Shown here: one piece after another, positions 1 to 9,263 of the stretch | Numbering within the stretch: position 1 is the first letter of the stretch | Layout of the letters: the number at the start of each line of letters is the position of its first letter | From: Acidimicrobiales bacterium | GTDB lineage: Bacteria; Actinomycetota; Acidimicrobiia; Acidimicrobiales; SZUA-35 | Assembly (NCBI GenBank): GCA_038212405.1 | Contig: JBBQUN010000003.1 | Location: forward strand, 1 to 54,358 | Direction of reading: 5' to 3' | Length of the DNA: 54,358 nt | Program-made: the position numbers and the translations under genes | The notes under the pieces: generated by a model | Databases searched by the model: none | Told to the model about the DNA's origin: nothing | The model's input: the letters and a program-made list of their open reading frames with translations, nothing else

Positions 1-122
1 GGCAACAGGAACGACTGGCCCTGGTCATAAGACCGGAACACCTTCGCCGCGCCCGCCGTCACCCTCACACCACCAGCAGACTCATCAACCTCGAACAACC
101 GGGCATCACCACCATCCGACAC
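1..122 (-). CDS. IS1182-family transposase, N-terminal 40 aa (truncated by window edge)
   Basis: Manual translation: MSDGGDARLFEVDESAGGVRVTAGAAKVFRSYDQGQSFLL. Not in the ORF track. Confidence 0.6.
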   Translation of the reverse strand, partial: MSDGGDARLFEVDESAGGVRVTAGAAKVFRSYDQGQSFLL

Positions 123-175
123 CCACGAAGTTTTTCACACCACACCCGACCACGAGCGGATACCGACCCACGCTC
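1..175 (-). mobile_element. IS1182-family insertion sequence, left end only (partial)
   Basis: A minus-strand frame opening at GTG 122 runs off the window and reads ...AKVFRSYDQGQSFLL, resembling the IS1182 transposase N-terminus. The putative end GAGCGTGGG abuts CTAG at 176-179. Confidence 0.6.
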
Positions 176-1243
176 CTAGACTCCCGGGGATCGCTCGGGC
201 GTTGTCGCGTCTGCGCTGATCGACGCCAAGACGTCGGCTGCTCCGATGATGCGATCATCGAGAGGCGGGCGAGTGGCCACTGCACCACCCAGTCCGAAGG
301 TGGCGACGACGTCGACCGAGGTCAGCATCTCGCGCAGATTGCGGGGCGGTGGGAAGTACTCGTCTTCTTCCGTGATGGTGATCTCTTCCACGCCTTGAGA
401 CGGATTGAGCACGGCGATGACGGCCTGCACGAGTTCTTCGGGTGCGCTTGCGCCGGCGGTGACGGCAACGATGCCAGTGAGGTCGCTTGGCAATTCGTCG
501 GGACCGTTGACTCGAAACACTCGCTTGCAGCCGGCCTCTTCGGCCAGTTTGGCGAGCGCATTGGTGTTGGAGGAGTTGGCCGATCCAATGACGACGACGG
601 CGTCACAACGATCGGCGACCGACATGAGCGCCGATTGACGGTTGGTGGTGGCGAAGCAGAGATCGGATCGACCCGGTTGCCACAGATCGGGAAACCGCTC
701 GCGTGCTGCGATCGCCACGTCGGTCCAGTCCCGGTGGGAGAGCGTGGTTTGGGCCAGCAGCGCGGTCGGCTCGTCGAAATCTGGCAGGGCGGCAACATCT
801 TCGATGGATTCGACTCGGCTGATCGCCGACGGAGCAACGGCCATCGTGCCGACCGCCTCTTCGTGCCCTTCGTGCCCGACGTAGATGATGCGATAGCCCT
901 TCTTCGCCCGGACCTTCACCTCATGGTGGACCTTGGTGACCAGCGGACAAACGGCATCGACGACGTAGCTGCCCCTGGATTTCGCTGCTGCTACGACTTC
1001 GGGCGCCGACCCGTGTGCTGACAACATGATCGGTCGTCCTTCGGGAACCTCGTCGATGTGATCGATGAAGATCACACCCTGGGCTTCGAAACGGTCGACG
1101 ACGAGCTTGTTGTGGACGATTTCGTGATAGCAGTAGACCGGCGCCTCGAATGCTCGGACCATCCACGAGAGTGCCTTGATTGCCATTTCGACCCCGGCGC
1201 AAAAGCCTCGCGGAGCACAAAGCAGAACTCGGTCGACACTCAT
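176..1243 (-). CDS. ispH: 4-hydroxy-3-methylbut-2-enyl diphosphate reductase
   Basis: PRGFCAGV, HEIVHN, SAHG, DAVCPLVTKVH, CFATTNRQ, GSANSSN and TAGASAPE motifs. Start re-called at MSVDRV (1243). Confidence 0.97.
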   Translation of the reverse strand: MSVDRVLLCAPRGFCAGVEMAIKALSWMVRAFEAPVYCYHEIVHNKLVVDRFEAQGVIFIDHIDEVPEGRPIMLSAHGSAPEVVAAAKSRGSYVVDAVCPLVTKVHHEVKVRAKKGYRIIYVGHEGHEEAVGTMAVAPSAISRVESIEDVAALPDFDEPTALLAQTTLSHRDWTDVAIAARERFPDLWQPGRSDLCFATTNRQSALMSVADRCDAVVVIGSANSSNTNALAKLAEEAGCKRVFRVNGPDELPSDLTGIVAVTAGASAPEELVQAVIAVLNPSQGVEEITITEEDEYFPPPRNLREMLTSVDVVATFGLGGAVATRPPLDDRIIGAADVLASISADATTPERSPGV

Positions 1244-1307
1244 GGCGTCGAGCGTAGTTGGTTGGGTCGGCAAACGAGTGTGACCACGCTGTGTGCTCGG
1301 TGGCTGG

Positions 1308-2621
1308 TCAAGGGCGAAGCTCGAGCCCGTTCGGTCGCCAGTCTCGTCCAGCCAGCACGAACTGATTGACCGTGCAGTGGCGCTCGAGGAATCCTGCTTC
1401 GCAGTAGGCGAGGTAGAACCGCCAAAGACGAACGAACCGATCATCGAGCCCGAGATCTCTCACCTCGTCGAGTCGTGTGTCGAACTCCTCTCGCCAGCGA
1501 CGCAGCGTTTCGGCGTAGTGCGCAGTGAGATCCTCGACGTCGAGCATCTGCATCCGAGTCGATGAGGAGACCGAGCGAGTCACTGCGCCGATCGAAGGAA
1601 GGAATCCGCCTGGGAACACGAAGCGACGGATGTAGTCCTCGGTGTTCTTCGTGCGCTCATACCGTCGATCAGGAACGCAGATCGCCTGAAGGCCAACGAG
1701 TCCGTCTGGAGCGAGGCAGCGCTCGATCGTCGAGAAGAACTGGTCGTAGTCGCGCCAATCAACGGCCTCGATCATCTCGATGGAGACGATGCGGTCGAAC
1801 GAGCCGGAGAGGTCGCGCCAGTCGGCGTCGAGCAAGGTCACGTTGTCGCCGTGCCCCGCTTCGTGCACACGACGCCGCGCTTCGCTGAGCTGCTCGTCGG
1901 AAATCGTGGTCGTTGTGATGTTGCAGCCGACCCGTTCTGACGCCTGAAGGGCCATGCCTCCCCATCCGGTGCCGATCTCGAGCAGTCGATGGTCGGGCAG
2001 GAGACCGAGCTTGTCGATCAGCCGGTCGTATTTTGCTCTGCTGGCTGCGGCGAGGGGGATACCTGGTTCGGTGAACACGCCGGCTGAGTAGGTGAGGGTC
2101 TCGTCGAGGAAGATCGAGAAGAAGTCGTTGCCGACGTCGTAGTGGCTGGCAATGTCTTCCTTGTTGTGGTTCTTGTTCCGGCGTGGCAAGACCGAGCGAA
2201 TGGGATCAGCGAACCAGCCTGTTGCGTGGTGTAGCCGATTTCGTTGCTCGTCGAGTTGTTCGATGTTGTTGATGATGATGCGAACGACCGTGACCGGATC
2301 ATTGGAGTGCCACCAACCTTCGATGTAGCCGCGGCCGAGTCCGATCGAGCCTTCGGTGACGAGGCTGCTCCAGGCGCGATCATCACGAATCTCGATCTCG
2401 GCGCTGAGGCCGCCACCAGGTCCAAAGAGATGAACCCCCTCGGTGTCGATCACGGTCAGACGGTCAGTGTCCATGCGGTCCATGAGTACGTGGGCAAGAC
2501 GGCGAGCTACTTGTTGCACGCCCGGAACCACTCGACGCCGAGCGGCACGCTCGAGGAGGCGTTCGGGGCGAACGAGTGGCGGCTGGTCGTGGGTGGCAGC
2601 TTCGTCTACTGGCGCCGTCAT
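1308..2621 (-). CDS. Cyclopropane-fatty-acyl-phospholipid synthase family SAM methyltransferase
   Basis: IASHYDVGNDFF, LEIGTGWG, SIEMIEAV, FVFPGG, HYAETLRRW and YLAYCEAGF motifs. Confidence 0.93.
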   Translation of the reverse strand: MTAPVDEAATHDQPPLVRPERLLERAARRRVVPGVQQVARRLAHVLMDRMDTDRLTVIDTEGVHLFGPGGGLSAEIEIRDDRAWSSLVTEGSIGLGRGYIEGWWHSNDPVTVVRIIINNIEQLDEQRNRLHHATGWFADPIRSVLPRRNKNHNKEDIASHYDVGNDFFSIFLDETLTYSAGVFTEPGIPLAAASRAKYDRLIDKLGLLPDHRLLEIGTGWGGMALQASERVGCNITTTTISDEQLSEARRRVHEAGHGDNVTLLDADWRDLSGSFDRIVSIEMIEAVDWRDYDQFFSTIERCLAPDGLVGLQAICVPDRRYERTKNTEDYIRRFVFPGGFLPSIGAVTRSVSSSTRMQMLDVEDLTAHYAETLRRWREEFDTRLDEVRDLGLDDRFVRLWRFYLAYCEAGFLERHCTVNQFVLAGRDWRPNGLELRP

Positions 2622-3445
2622 GAAGAGGCCTTTCCTACGAGTTTGTTTGGATGTCGGACGAATGGCACACGCTTGGCCGCGAGCCGAGCAGCCTGTGCAT
2701 GAATGCCGCCGCTCACTCGGTAGGTCGACAGTGGTGCTGACCAGAGATTTCTTGCCAACGCCTTGCGAGACGCTGCGGTCCGCACGAGCTGGAGCGAGGT
2801 GTCGAGGGCCAGGCTGTTGGTCTCGCGGTCGACGAGCTGAAGATCGATCCGGAGGTTCTCACCAGTGCCGACCCCGAGGAGGTAGTCGAAGTCCTGGCCG
2901 AAGAACGGTGAGACGTGGAGAGCCTTTGGGAATCGTGCGGTCACCATCATCGGCGAGTCCTTCCCGGCCGGGGACCCGATCAAACGAGGCCCCGTGCCGT
3001 CAGGTGCGGCCGTGTTGAGCGCAACAGGGTAACGGTGGCGTTCGTGCCACGGGGTGTTGGTGACTTCGAGGACCGCCCCCACCGGCTCATCGCCGTTGGC
3101 GTCCCAGGCGAGAAAGACGGTGATGGGATTGAACAACCAACCGAAGCGCCGCAGTTGGGTGAGCATGCGGATCGGGCCATCGGGTCGATGACCAAGCACC
3201 GGTTCGAGATCGTCGCGAACGAGCAGCCCGAGCGGAGGTGTTCGCTCGTCGCCGTAGTCGCTGCGACGAAACCTCGCTGGTGCCGGTTCGGCGGGGGAGT
3301 ACAGTCGGTGGTGGTGACACAGCTCGTTCGGATGGTCAGGGTCGATCCAAACCATCGACATCGGATACTCAAATGCGTGCGACGCAGTCTGCAAGCGTCG
3401 GTGGTACACGGTTCCCGCACAGACCGACGCAACACCCGGAGTCAC
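2618..3445 (-). CDS. DUF1365 family protein
   Basis: VYHRR, FNPITVF, EVTNTPW.ERH and KALHVSPF motifs. Typical position between oxidoreductase and cfa; 4-bp overlaps on both sides. Confidence 0.88.
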   Translation of the reverse strand: MTPGVASVCAGTVYHRRLQTASHAFEYPMSMVWIDPDHPNELCHHHRLYSPAEPAPARFRRSDYGDERTPPLGLLVRDDLEPVLGHRPDGPIRMLTQLRRFGWLFNPITVFLAWDANGDEPVGAVLEVTNTPWHERHRYPVALNTAAPDGTGPRLIGSPAGKDSPMMVTARFPKALHVSPFFGQDFDYLLGVGTGENLRIDLQLVDRETNSLALDTSLQLVRTAASRKALARNLWSAPLSTYRVSGGIHAQAARLAAKRVPFVRHPNKLVGKASS

Positions 3446-4746
3446 TGGGTTTCCTCGAGATGGTGGACTTCCGCCAGAAGCTGGGCCTGTAGAGCTCGTG
3501 CGACGCGAAGCCCGGAGGCGATGCCGTCCTCATGGAAGCCGAAGCCCCAGTAGGCGCCACAGAAATGAGTGTGGTTGACGCCGCTGATCTCGCCGTGGCG
3601 AGCTTGAGCTTCGATCGCGGGACGGTCAAAGACTGGGTGGGCGTAGTCGGCGGAATACAGCACGGTCGAAGGATCGATTCGCTGGTCGGCATTCAGACTG
3701 ACCAGGTAACGACGAGAGCCGTTGAGGCGTTGAAGCGTGGTGAGGTCGTAGGTGACCGCAGGCAACGACTCGTCACCGACGCTGCATTCGTAGTTCCAGG
3801 CGGCCCACGCCGTTTCCGAAGGCGCCATGAGCGAGGTGTCGGTATGGAGCGTCGCTCGGTTCGGTTGGAAGCCGATCGCGCCCAGAATCTCCTTCTCGGC
3901 GGGACTCGCATCGCTGAGCATCGCCAGAGCTTGGTCGCTGTGACACGCCAGTACGACCTCATCGAAGTGGTCGGTCAGGTCGCCCGAGGTCACTGAGCAG
4001 CTGCCGGTGTCGACTGCGGCATCGACGGTCGTTCGACACACTTGACTGACCGGTGACCCCAATCGAATCTCGCCGGGAAAGGCGTCGGCGATGGCTTGGA
4101 CATACACACGCGACCCACCGACGACGGTTCGCCACTGTGGCCGGTCGCCAACACCGAGCAGGCCATGGTTGCGCAGGAATGACAGCAAGCTGGCTGCGGG
4201 GAAACGGTCGAAGGTGGTCGGATCTGCCGACCAAACAGCTGCGCCCATGGGGATCAGGTGGAGGTCGACGAAACTGTCGTGGTAACGGCCGGTTTGGAGG
4301 AATTCGGCGATGCTCTGATCGGTGCGGCCGCTGTCGAGGTAGCGGTTGGCGCTGCGGTAGAACCGCATGATGTCGATCAGCATTCGCCACATCGTGGGGC
4401 TGAACAGGTTCTTTCGGTCGGCGAAGAGAGTGTTGAGATTGGTGGCTCGGTAGTGAAAGCCATTCGCACGATCCGTGACGGCGAAGCTCATCTCGGTGTC
4501 TTGCACCGGTACGCCCAGTTCGTCGAAGAGAGCAACCAGCGAAGGGTAGTTGCGGTCGTTGTGAACGATGAAGCCGGTATCGACGCCGATCGAGCCGGCG
4601 ACCGGATCGTTGACCGTCACGGTGTTCGCGTGACCACCGAGACGGTCGTCGGCCTCATAGATGACGACCTCGTTTTGCGGATCCTTCGCCAGTTCGTGAG
4701 CAGCGCTCAGCCCGGCGATGCCGCTACCGATGACAGCGATTTTCAT
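3442..4746 (-). CDS. FAD/NAD-binding oxidoreductase (amine oxidase-like, COG2907 type)
   Basis: KIAVIGSGIAGL Rossmann motif, LGGHANT, VDTGFIVHN, GAYWGFGFHEDG. Start re-called at MKIAVIG (4746). Confidence 0.92.
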   Translation of the reverse strand: MKIAVIGSGIAGLSAAHELAKDPQNEVVIYEADDRLGGHANTVTVNDPVAGSIGVDTGFIVHNDRNYPSLVALFDELGVPVQDTEMSFAVTDRANGFHYRATNLNTLFADRKNLFSPTMWRMLIDIMRFYRSANRYLDSGRTDQSIAEFLQTGRYHDSFVDLHLIPMGAAVWSADPTTFDRFPAASLLSFLRNHGLLGVGDRPQWRTVVGGSRVYVQAIADAFPGEIRLGSPVSQVCRTTVDAAVDTGSCSVTSGDLTDHFDEVVLACHSDQALAMLSDASPAEKEILGAIGFQPNRATLHTDTSLMAPSETAWAAWNYECSVGDESLPAVTYDLTTLQRLNGSRRYLVSLNADQRIDPSTVLYSADYAHPVFDRPAIEAQARHGEISGVNHTHFCGAYWGFGFHEDGIASGLRVARALQAQLLAEVHHLEETQ

Positions 4747-4822
4747 GAAACTGTTTCGTCCTTCATTGCTGGTTGTTCGGAGCGGAGTCCATTCTGGATG
4801 CCGTTCCGTAGACTTTTTCGTA

Positions 4823-6244
4823 ATGATCGCCCAGACCGCCCAGCTTCCCCGCGTCCTCGCGGTGACCACCGACTCGCCCGCTGACAGAGCCGGTGTCGTC
4901 GTTGGTGACGTATTGCTGAGCGTCAACGGTGAGGCGCCACGCGATGTGATTCAGTACCGGATGCTGGTCGATGAGCCCGAGGTGAGTCTGGAAATCGATC
5001 GGGGCGGACTCACCCGTCAGATCGAGATCGAGAAGGCCGACGGGGAGTTGCTCGGCATCGAAGTGCAGTCATCGCTGTTCGATCAGGTACGGACGTGCGA
5101 CAACCACTGCTCGTTCTGCTTCATCTACCAGTTGCCTCCAGGAATGCGAAAGAGCCTTTACCTGAAAGACGACGACTTTCGTCTCTCGTTTCTCTACGGC
5201 AATTTCACCACGCTCACCCGTTTCACCGAGGCGGATCTCGAACGGGTGATCACCGAAGGCCTTTCGCCGCTCTATGTCAGCATCCACAGCACCGAAGGCG
5301 ATGTCCGCACGGCGCTGCTGCGCAACAAGCGGGGAGCGACCAGTCTGCGGTGGCTGCGGGCGCTGCTCGACCACGGCGTGGGCGTGCATGGTCAGGTCGT
5401 GGTGTGTCCGGGGATCAACGATGCCGATGCGCTCGAGCGCACGCTCGCCGGTGTGCTCGACGACTACAGCGAGCTGACTTCGCTGGCGATCGTGCCACTC
5501 GGGATCAGCGACCATTCCAACGAAGTGGAGATGCGCCCGCACACCCAGGCCGAGGCCGTCAGGGTCATCGAGCTCGTCGAGCAATGGCAAGACATCTACC
5601 TCGATCTGCTCGGACATCGTCTGGTTTTTGCCGCCGACGAGTACTACCTCCTCGCCGGTCGGCCGTTCCCCGACGCCGAGACGTACGAGGGGTTCGCGAT
5701 GCACGAGGACGGGATCGGCATGGCCCGGACCTTCGAGATGGAGTTTCGCGGTGAGACCGACGAGGCGACTGGCACCAAATCGGGGTTCTTCGCTTGGGTC
5801 GAAGGAGCGCCGGCCGAGGGCTATCGAGCGCCGCGGCTCGCTTCGTCCAAGACCGATGAGACGGGTGCAGCCATCGTGCAGCTCCTGCCACGGGCGTCAG
5901 CCCCCATCGCACTGCTCACCGGGCACTACGGCAAGCAGGTCCTCCAGCCGCTCGTTGACGAACTCGATCGACCTGACGTTCGCATCGTCGAAGTAGAAAA
6001 TCGCTTTTTTGGTGGCAACATCGGCGTTGCCGGTCTCATGGTTGGGGAGGACGTTGCCCGAGTGCTGGCCGAACAGCCAGCAGGGCACCGCTACCTCCTG
6101 CCCGATGTGTGCCTTTCCGGCAGCGTGTTCCTCGACGGCATGAGCCTCGACGATCTGCCCCGACCAGTCGAAGTGGTGCCAACTGATGGCATCGCTCTCC
6201 GTCGAGCCCTCGGGCTCGACACCACAGAAGCGAGATCGGCATGA
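4823..6244 (+). CDS. PDZ + radical SAM + DUF512 Fe-S protein
   Basis: N-terminal PDZ-like segment (SPADRAGV..GD.LLSVNG), CDNHCSFC CxxxCxxC motif, DDDFRLSFLYGNFTTLT. Lies upstream of der, a common context. Confidence 0.88.
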   Translation: MIAQTAQLPRVLAVTTDSPADRAGVVVGDVLLSVNGEAPRDVIQYRMLVDEPEVSLEIDRGGLTRQIEIEKADGELLGIEVQSSLFDQVRTCDNHCSFCFIYQLPPGMRKSLYLKDDDFRLSFLYGNFTTLTRFTEADLERVITEGLSPLYVSIHSTEGDVRTALLRNKRGATSLRWLRALLDHGVGVHGQVVVCPGINDADALERTLAGVLDDYSELTSLAIVPLGISDHSNEVEMRPHTQAEAVRVIELVEQWQDIYLDLLGHRLVFAADEYYLLAGRPFPDAETYEGFAMHEDGIGMARTFEMEFRGETDEATGTKSGFFAWVEGAPAEGYRAPRLASSKTDETGAAIVQLLPRASAPIALLTGHYGKQVLQPLVDELDRPDVRIVEVENRFFGGNIGVAGLMVGEDVARVLAEQPAGHRYLLPDVCLSGSVFLDGMSLDDLPRPVEVVPTDGIALRRALGLDTTEARSA

Positions 6245-7572
6245 CCGAATCAACTCCAGGAACCTCATCCACCCCAACCGTGGCGATCGTCGGCCGCCCG
6301 AACGTCGGCAAGTCGACACTGCTCAACCGGATCATCGGTCGCCGTGAGGCCATCGTCGAAGAGAAGCCAGGCGTTACCCGAGACCGCAAAGTGGTCGATG
6401 CCGAATGGCAGGGAACGACGTTCAAGTTGGTCGACACCGGCGGTTGGATGGCCTCGGGTACCGAGATCGACATGAAGGTCTCGCGCCAATCAGAGAAGGC
6501 GATCGCTGATTCTGACGCGCTGTTGTTCGTGGTCGATGCCACGATCGGTATTTCCGAAGAAGACGCCCAAATGGCTCGCTCTATTCGTGGCTATGACAAG
6601 CCGGTCTTCGTCGTTGCCAACAAGATCGACGATTCACGGCACAACGATCAGGTCTGGGAACTCGTTCGGCTCGGGCTGGGCAACCCCTACGGCGTCAGTG
6701 CCTTGCACGGTCGAGGTGTTGGTGACCTTCTCGATGATCTCGTCGCTGCTCTGCCGGAGCAGGCCGAGATCGACCCCGACGCGGTCGTTCCCGAAGAAGA
6801 ACGCATCTTCTCGATCGTGCTCGTTGGGCGCCCGAATGTTGGAAAGTCAACGCTGTTCAACCGTCTGATCGGCGAGGACCGATCGGTGGTTCACGACATG
6901 GCAGGCACCACTCGCGACACCGTCGACACCGTCGTCGAAACCGCCAGCGGTCCAATCCGCTTCCTTGACACTGCGGGTATGCGGCGCCGCAGCCGGATCG
7001 ACGAGAACACCGAGTACTACTCGACGATTCGAGCGCTGCACTCGGTCGATACCGCCGACGTTGCGCTGCTGCTGATCGATTCGACCGAGGGCGTCACCAG
7101 CCAAGATCAGCGTCTGGCTGAGCGAGTCGACGGGGCTGGTTGCCCGATCGTCATCGTCCTCAACAAGTGGGACCTCCTCGACACCGAAGGTCGCGAGAAA
7201 ATCGCCGATCAGATCGAACGCAAGCTGAGCTTCTTGCCGAACGTGGCCGTGCATCGGATCTCTGCGCTGTCGGGGTCGGGCACGCACAAACTGCTGCCAT
7301 CGCTCGACTTGGCCCTCGATGCCTACTCGGCTCGCGTGCCCACTCGCAAGGTCAACGACGTGATTCGGCGGGCGCAGCAGTCAACGCCGGCGCCCCACGG
7401 TGCCCGAGTGCTCTATGCCACTCAGGGCGCTACCGATCCGCCAACGTTCACCCTGTTCGCCAACCGTGATATCCCGCAGTCGTACCTTCGCTACCTCGAG
7501 CGAAGTCTGCGCGAGGCGTTCGACATGGGTCCGACACCGATCAAGATGCGGGTTCGTCGCAGGAGCGAATAG
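6241..7572 (+). CDS. der: Ribosome biogenesis GTPase Der (EngA)
   Basis: Two GRPNVGKST P-loops, DTGG/DTAG, NKID/NKWD and a C-terminal KH-like domain. Confidence 0.98.
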   Translation: MTESTPGTSSTPTVAIVGRPNVGKSTLLNRIIGRREAIVEEKPGVTRDRKVVDAEWQGTTFKLVDTGGWMASGTEIDMKVSRQSEKAIADSDALLFVVDATIGISEEDAQMARSIRGYDKPVFVVANKIDDSRHNDQVWELVRLGLGNPYGVSALHGRGVGDLLDDLVAALPEQAEIDPDAVVPEEERIFSIVLVGRPNVGKSTLFNRLIGEDRSVVHDMAGTTRDTVDTVVETASGPIRFLDTAGMRRRSRIDENTEYYSTIRALHSVDTADVALLLIDSTEGVTSQDQRLAERVDGAGCPIVIVLNKWDLLDTEGREKIADQIERKLSFLPNVAVHRISALSGSGTHKLLPSLDLALDAYSARVPTRKVNDVIRRAQQSTPAPHGARVLYATQGATDPPTFTLFANRDIPQSYLRYLERSLREAFDMGPTPIKMRVRRRSE

Positions 7573-7611
7573 TCGAGCCGATCGGTCTGGAGAAGGAAGC
7601 CCAGTTCAGAC

Positions 7612-7638
7612 CGGTCTGGCGAGCGCCAGGCCAGACCG
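7612..7638 (+). terminator. Possible hairpin downstream of der
   Basis: CGGTCTGGC / GCCAGACCG 9-bp inverted repeat; no U tract. Confidence 0.3.
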
Positions 7639-7699
7639 AAACGTGACGAGAGGTTGCACAACCTCCGCTCTCGATGACCTGAGGGAGTAGCCTCGAAGC

Positions 7700-8779
7700 A
7701 TGGAACGCCTCGTGCCAGCGATCGCCGCCGCGATCTGTGTTGCCGCCGCGGTGTTCTGGATTCGCCAGACCATCGTTCAGCGACGGTTGGCGTCGCGTCT
7801 GTCGACCGAGCAGATCGATCCTGATCTTTGGCGTCTTGCCGATGCTGACTACCGACGCGATTTCCTCTCTGCGGTCGCTGCGGCAAGCGCCGCCTCTGTT
7901 GCCATCGTTCTGGCTGCGGTCGAGGTCCCCAGGGGCGTCGCGCTGACCTCGTTTGGTCTAGCCCTGCCCTCGGTGATCACGCTGTTTCGTCGGCCTCGAC
8001 TCGAGGAGATCGCTCGGGTTGCCGCCGGGCGGTCCGAGGTCGAGAAACGAGCGCGCGAAGTGCTGACGCAAGAGGAGCTTGCGCCACTGCAATGGGCGGC
8101 TCGACTGGCGCCGTCCACGTTGCCAAAGCTCAAGGGCTTCGAAATCGGTTCCCACTACCAAGCATCGAGCGGCGCGATGGCCGGCGATTTCTACGATGTC
8201 TTCCGCGTCGACAGGCACCGGGTGGCGGCTGTCATCGGTGATGTCACCGGTCATGGCATCGAGCCATCGATCACGGCGTTGCAGGCCAAGTACCTTCTGC
8301 GAGCCTTTCTCCTTCAGTATCGAGACCCGGGGCAGGCCGTCGAGGTACTCAACGCGCAGATGTCGGTACTCGAGCGCGGTGAGGAATTCATCTCGCTCAT
8401 CGTCATGGTGTTCGACAACGACGCTGAGACGCTCCGCTATTCATCCGCAGGTCATCCTGCCGCCTTCGTGTGGCATGGATCCGAGGTCCATCCGCTAGGG
8501 GCGACGGGCCCGCTCCTGATGCTGGATCCCAAAGCGCTCTATCACTCGCGTGAAATCACCTGGACGACCGAGGACGTGGCAGTCATGTACACCGATGGCC
8601 TCGCTGAGGCGCGCAACGGCGATGCACTGTTCGGCGAAGAGGGTGTGGCCAGTATGATCCGCCGAGACCCGACGGCTTCGCCTGATGTTCTCACCAAGGT
8701 GTTGGTCGAAGCGGCCCGAGACTTCTCGGGTGGACCCATCAACGATGACGTTGCGGTGCTGGTCATTCGACGAGTCTGA
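7700..8779 (+). CDS. Membrane-anchored PP2C/SpoIIE-family Ser/Thr phosphatase
   Basis: N-terminal hydrophobic helices; GDFYD, IGDVTGHG, SAGHP, YTDGLAE and DDVAVL motifs. Confidence 0.9.
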   Translation: MERLVPAIAAAICVAAAVFWIRQTIVQRRLASRLSTEQIDPDLWRLADADYRRDFLSAVAAASAASVAIVLAAVEVPRGVALTSFGLALPSVITLFRRPRLEEIARVAAGRSEVEKRAREVLTQEELAPLQWAARLAPSTLPKLKGFEIGSHYQASSGAMAGDFYDVFRVDRHRVAAVIGDVTGHGIEPSITALQAKYLLRAFLLQYRDPGQAVEVLNAQMSVLERGEEFISLIVMVFDNDAETLRYSSAGHPAAFVWHGSEVHPLGATGPLLMLDPKALYHSREITWTTEDVAVMYTDGLAEARNGDALFGEEGVASMIRRDPTASPDVLTKVLVEAARDFSGGPINDDVAVLVIRRV

Positions 8780-8795
8780 AAGCAATGAGTAGCCG

Positions 8796-9014
8796 ATGCC
8801 GTGGTGTGACGCGTGTGATGAGTATCGGGCGCCCAATGCGCTGACCGAGTCGGGTGCGTGTTCGGTGTGCGATGGCAAGGTCGACACTGCCGACATGAAG
8901 CACCCGCCCTCGACCAAGGCACCCTGGCATTTCTGGTTGATGGTGATCGCGCTCGTGCTGTACCTCGGTTGGCGACTCATTCAGTTCGCCCTCTGGATCG
9001 TGCAGAGATTGTGA
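8796..9014 (+). CDS. Small zinc-ribbon + transmembrane hypothetical protein
   Basis: CDAC...CSVC followed by a hydrophobic helix (PWHFWLMVIALVLYLGWR). Confidence 0.7.
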   Translation: MPWCDACDEYRAPNALTESGACSVCDGKVDTADMKHPPSTKAPWHFWLMVIALVLYLGWRLIQFALWIVQRL

Positions 9015-9076
9015 ACCAGATTGGTGCGTTCGACAGGTGGGGGAGACCACTTGGAGCGGTACCATCCGTGCGGCCA

Positions 9077-9151
9077 CGGGCTGTGGCGCAGCTTGGTTAG
9101 CGCGCCTGACTGGGGGTCAGGAGGTCGGGAGTTCGAATCTCCCCAGCCCGA
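9077..9151 (+). tRNA. tRNA-Pro(GGG)
   Basis: Acceptor stem CGGGCTG/CAGCCCG, anticodon arm CCTGA-CTGGGGG-TCAGG (GGG at 9112-9114), T-loop TTCGAAT. CCA not encoded. Confidence 0.97.
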
Positions 9152-9168
9152 CGGTAAAACAGCAGGTC

Positions 9169-9204
9169 AGAGCCGGTCCGCAAGGGCCGGCTCTCCTCGT
9201 TTTC
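9169..9204 (+). terminator. Intrinsic terminator-like hairpin after tRNA
   Basis: AGAGCCGGTCC-GCAA-GGGCCGGCTCT (11-bp stem with one G-T pair, GNRA loop), then CCTCGTTTTC. Confidence 0.7.
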
Positions 9205-9263
9205 CAACCCTGCGAAACCAAAAGCATGAGAAATGTATGAATTTTCTGAACTAGCGTGCCCAT

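Noticed and set aside
9221-9250. AT-rich patch before the ICE integrase as arm-type sites
   Set aside because: Only a weak ATGA repetition; it cannot be validated without the other att end and may simply be the promoter.
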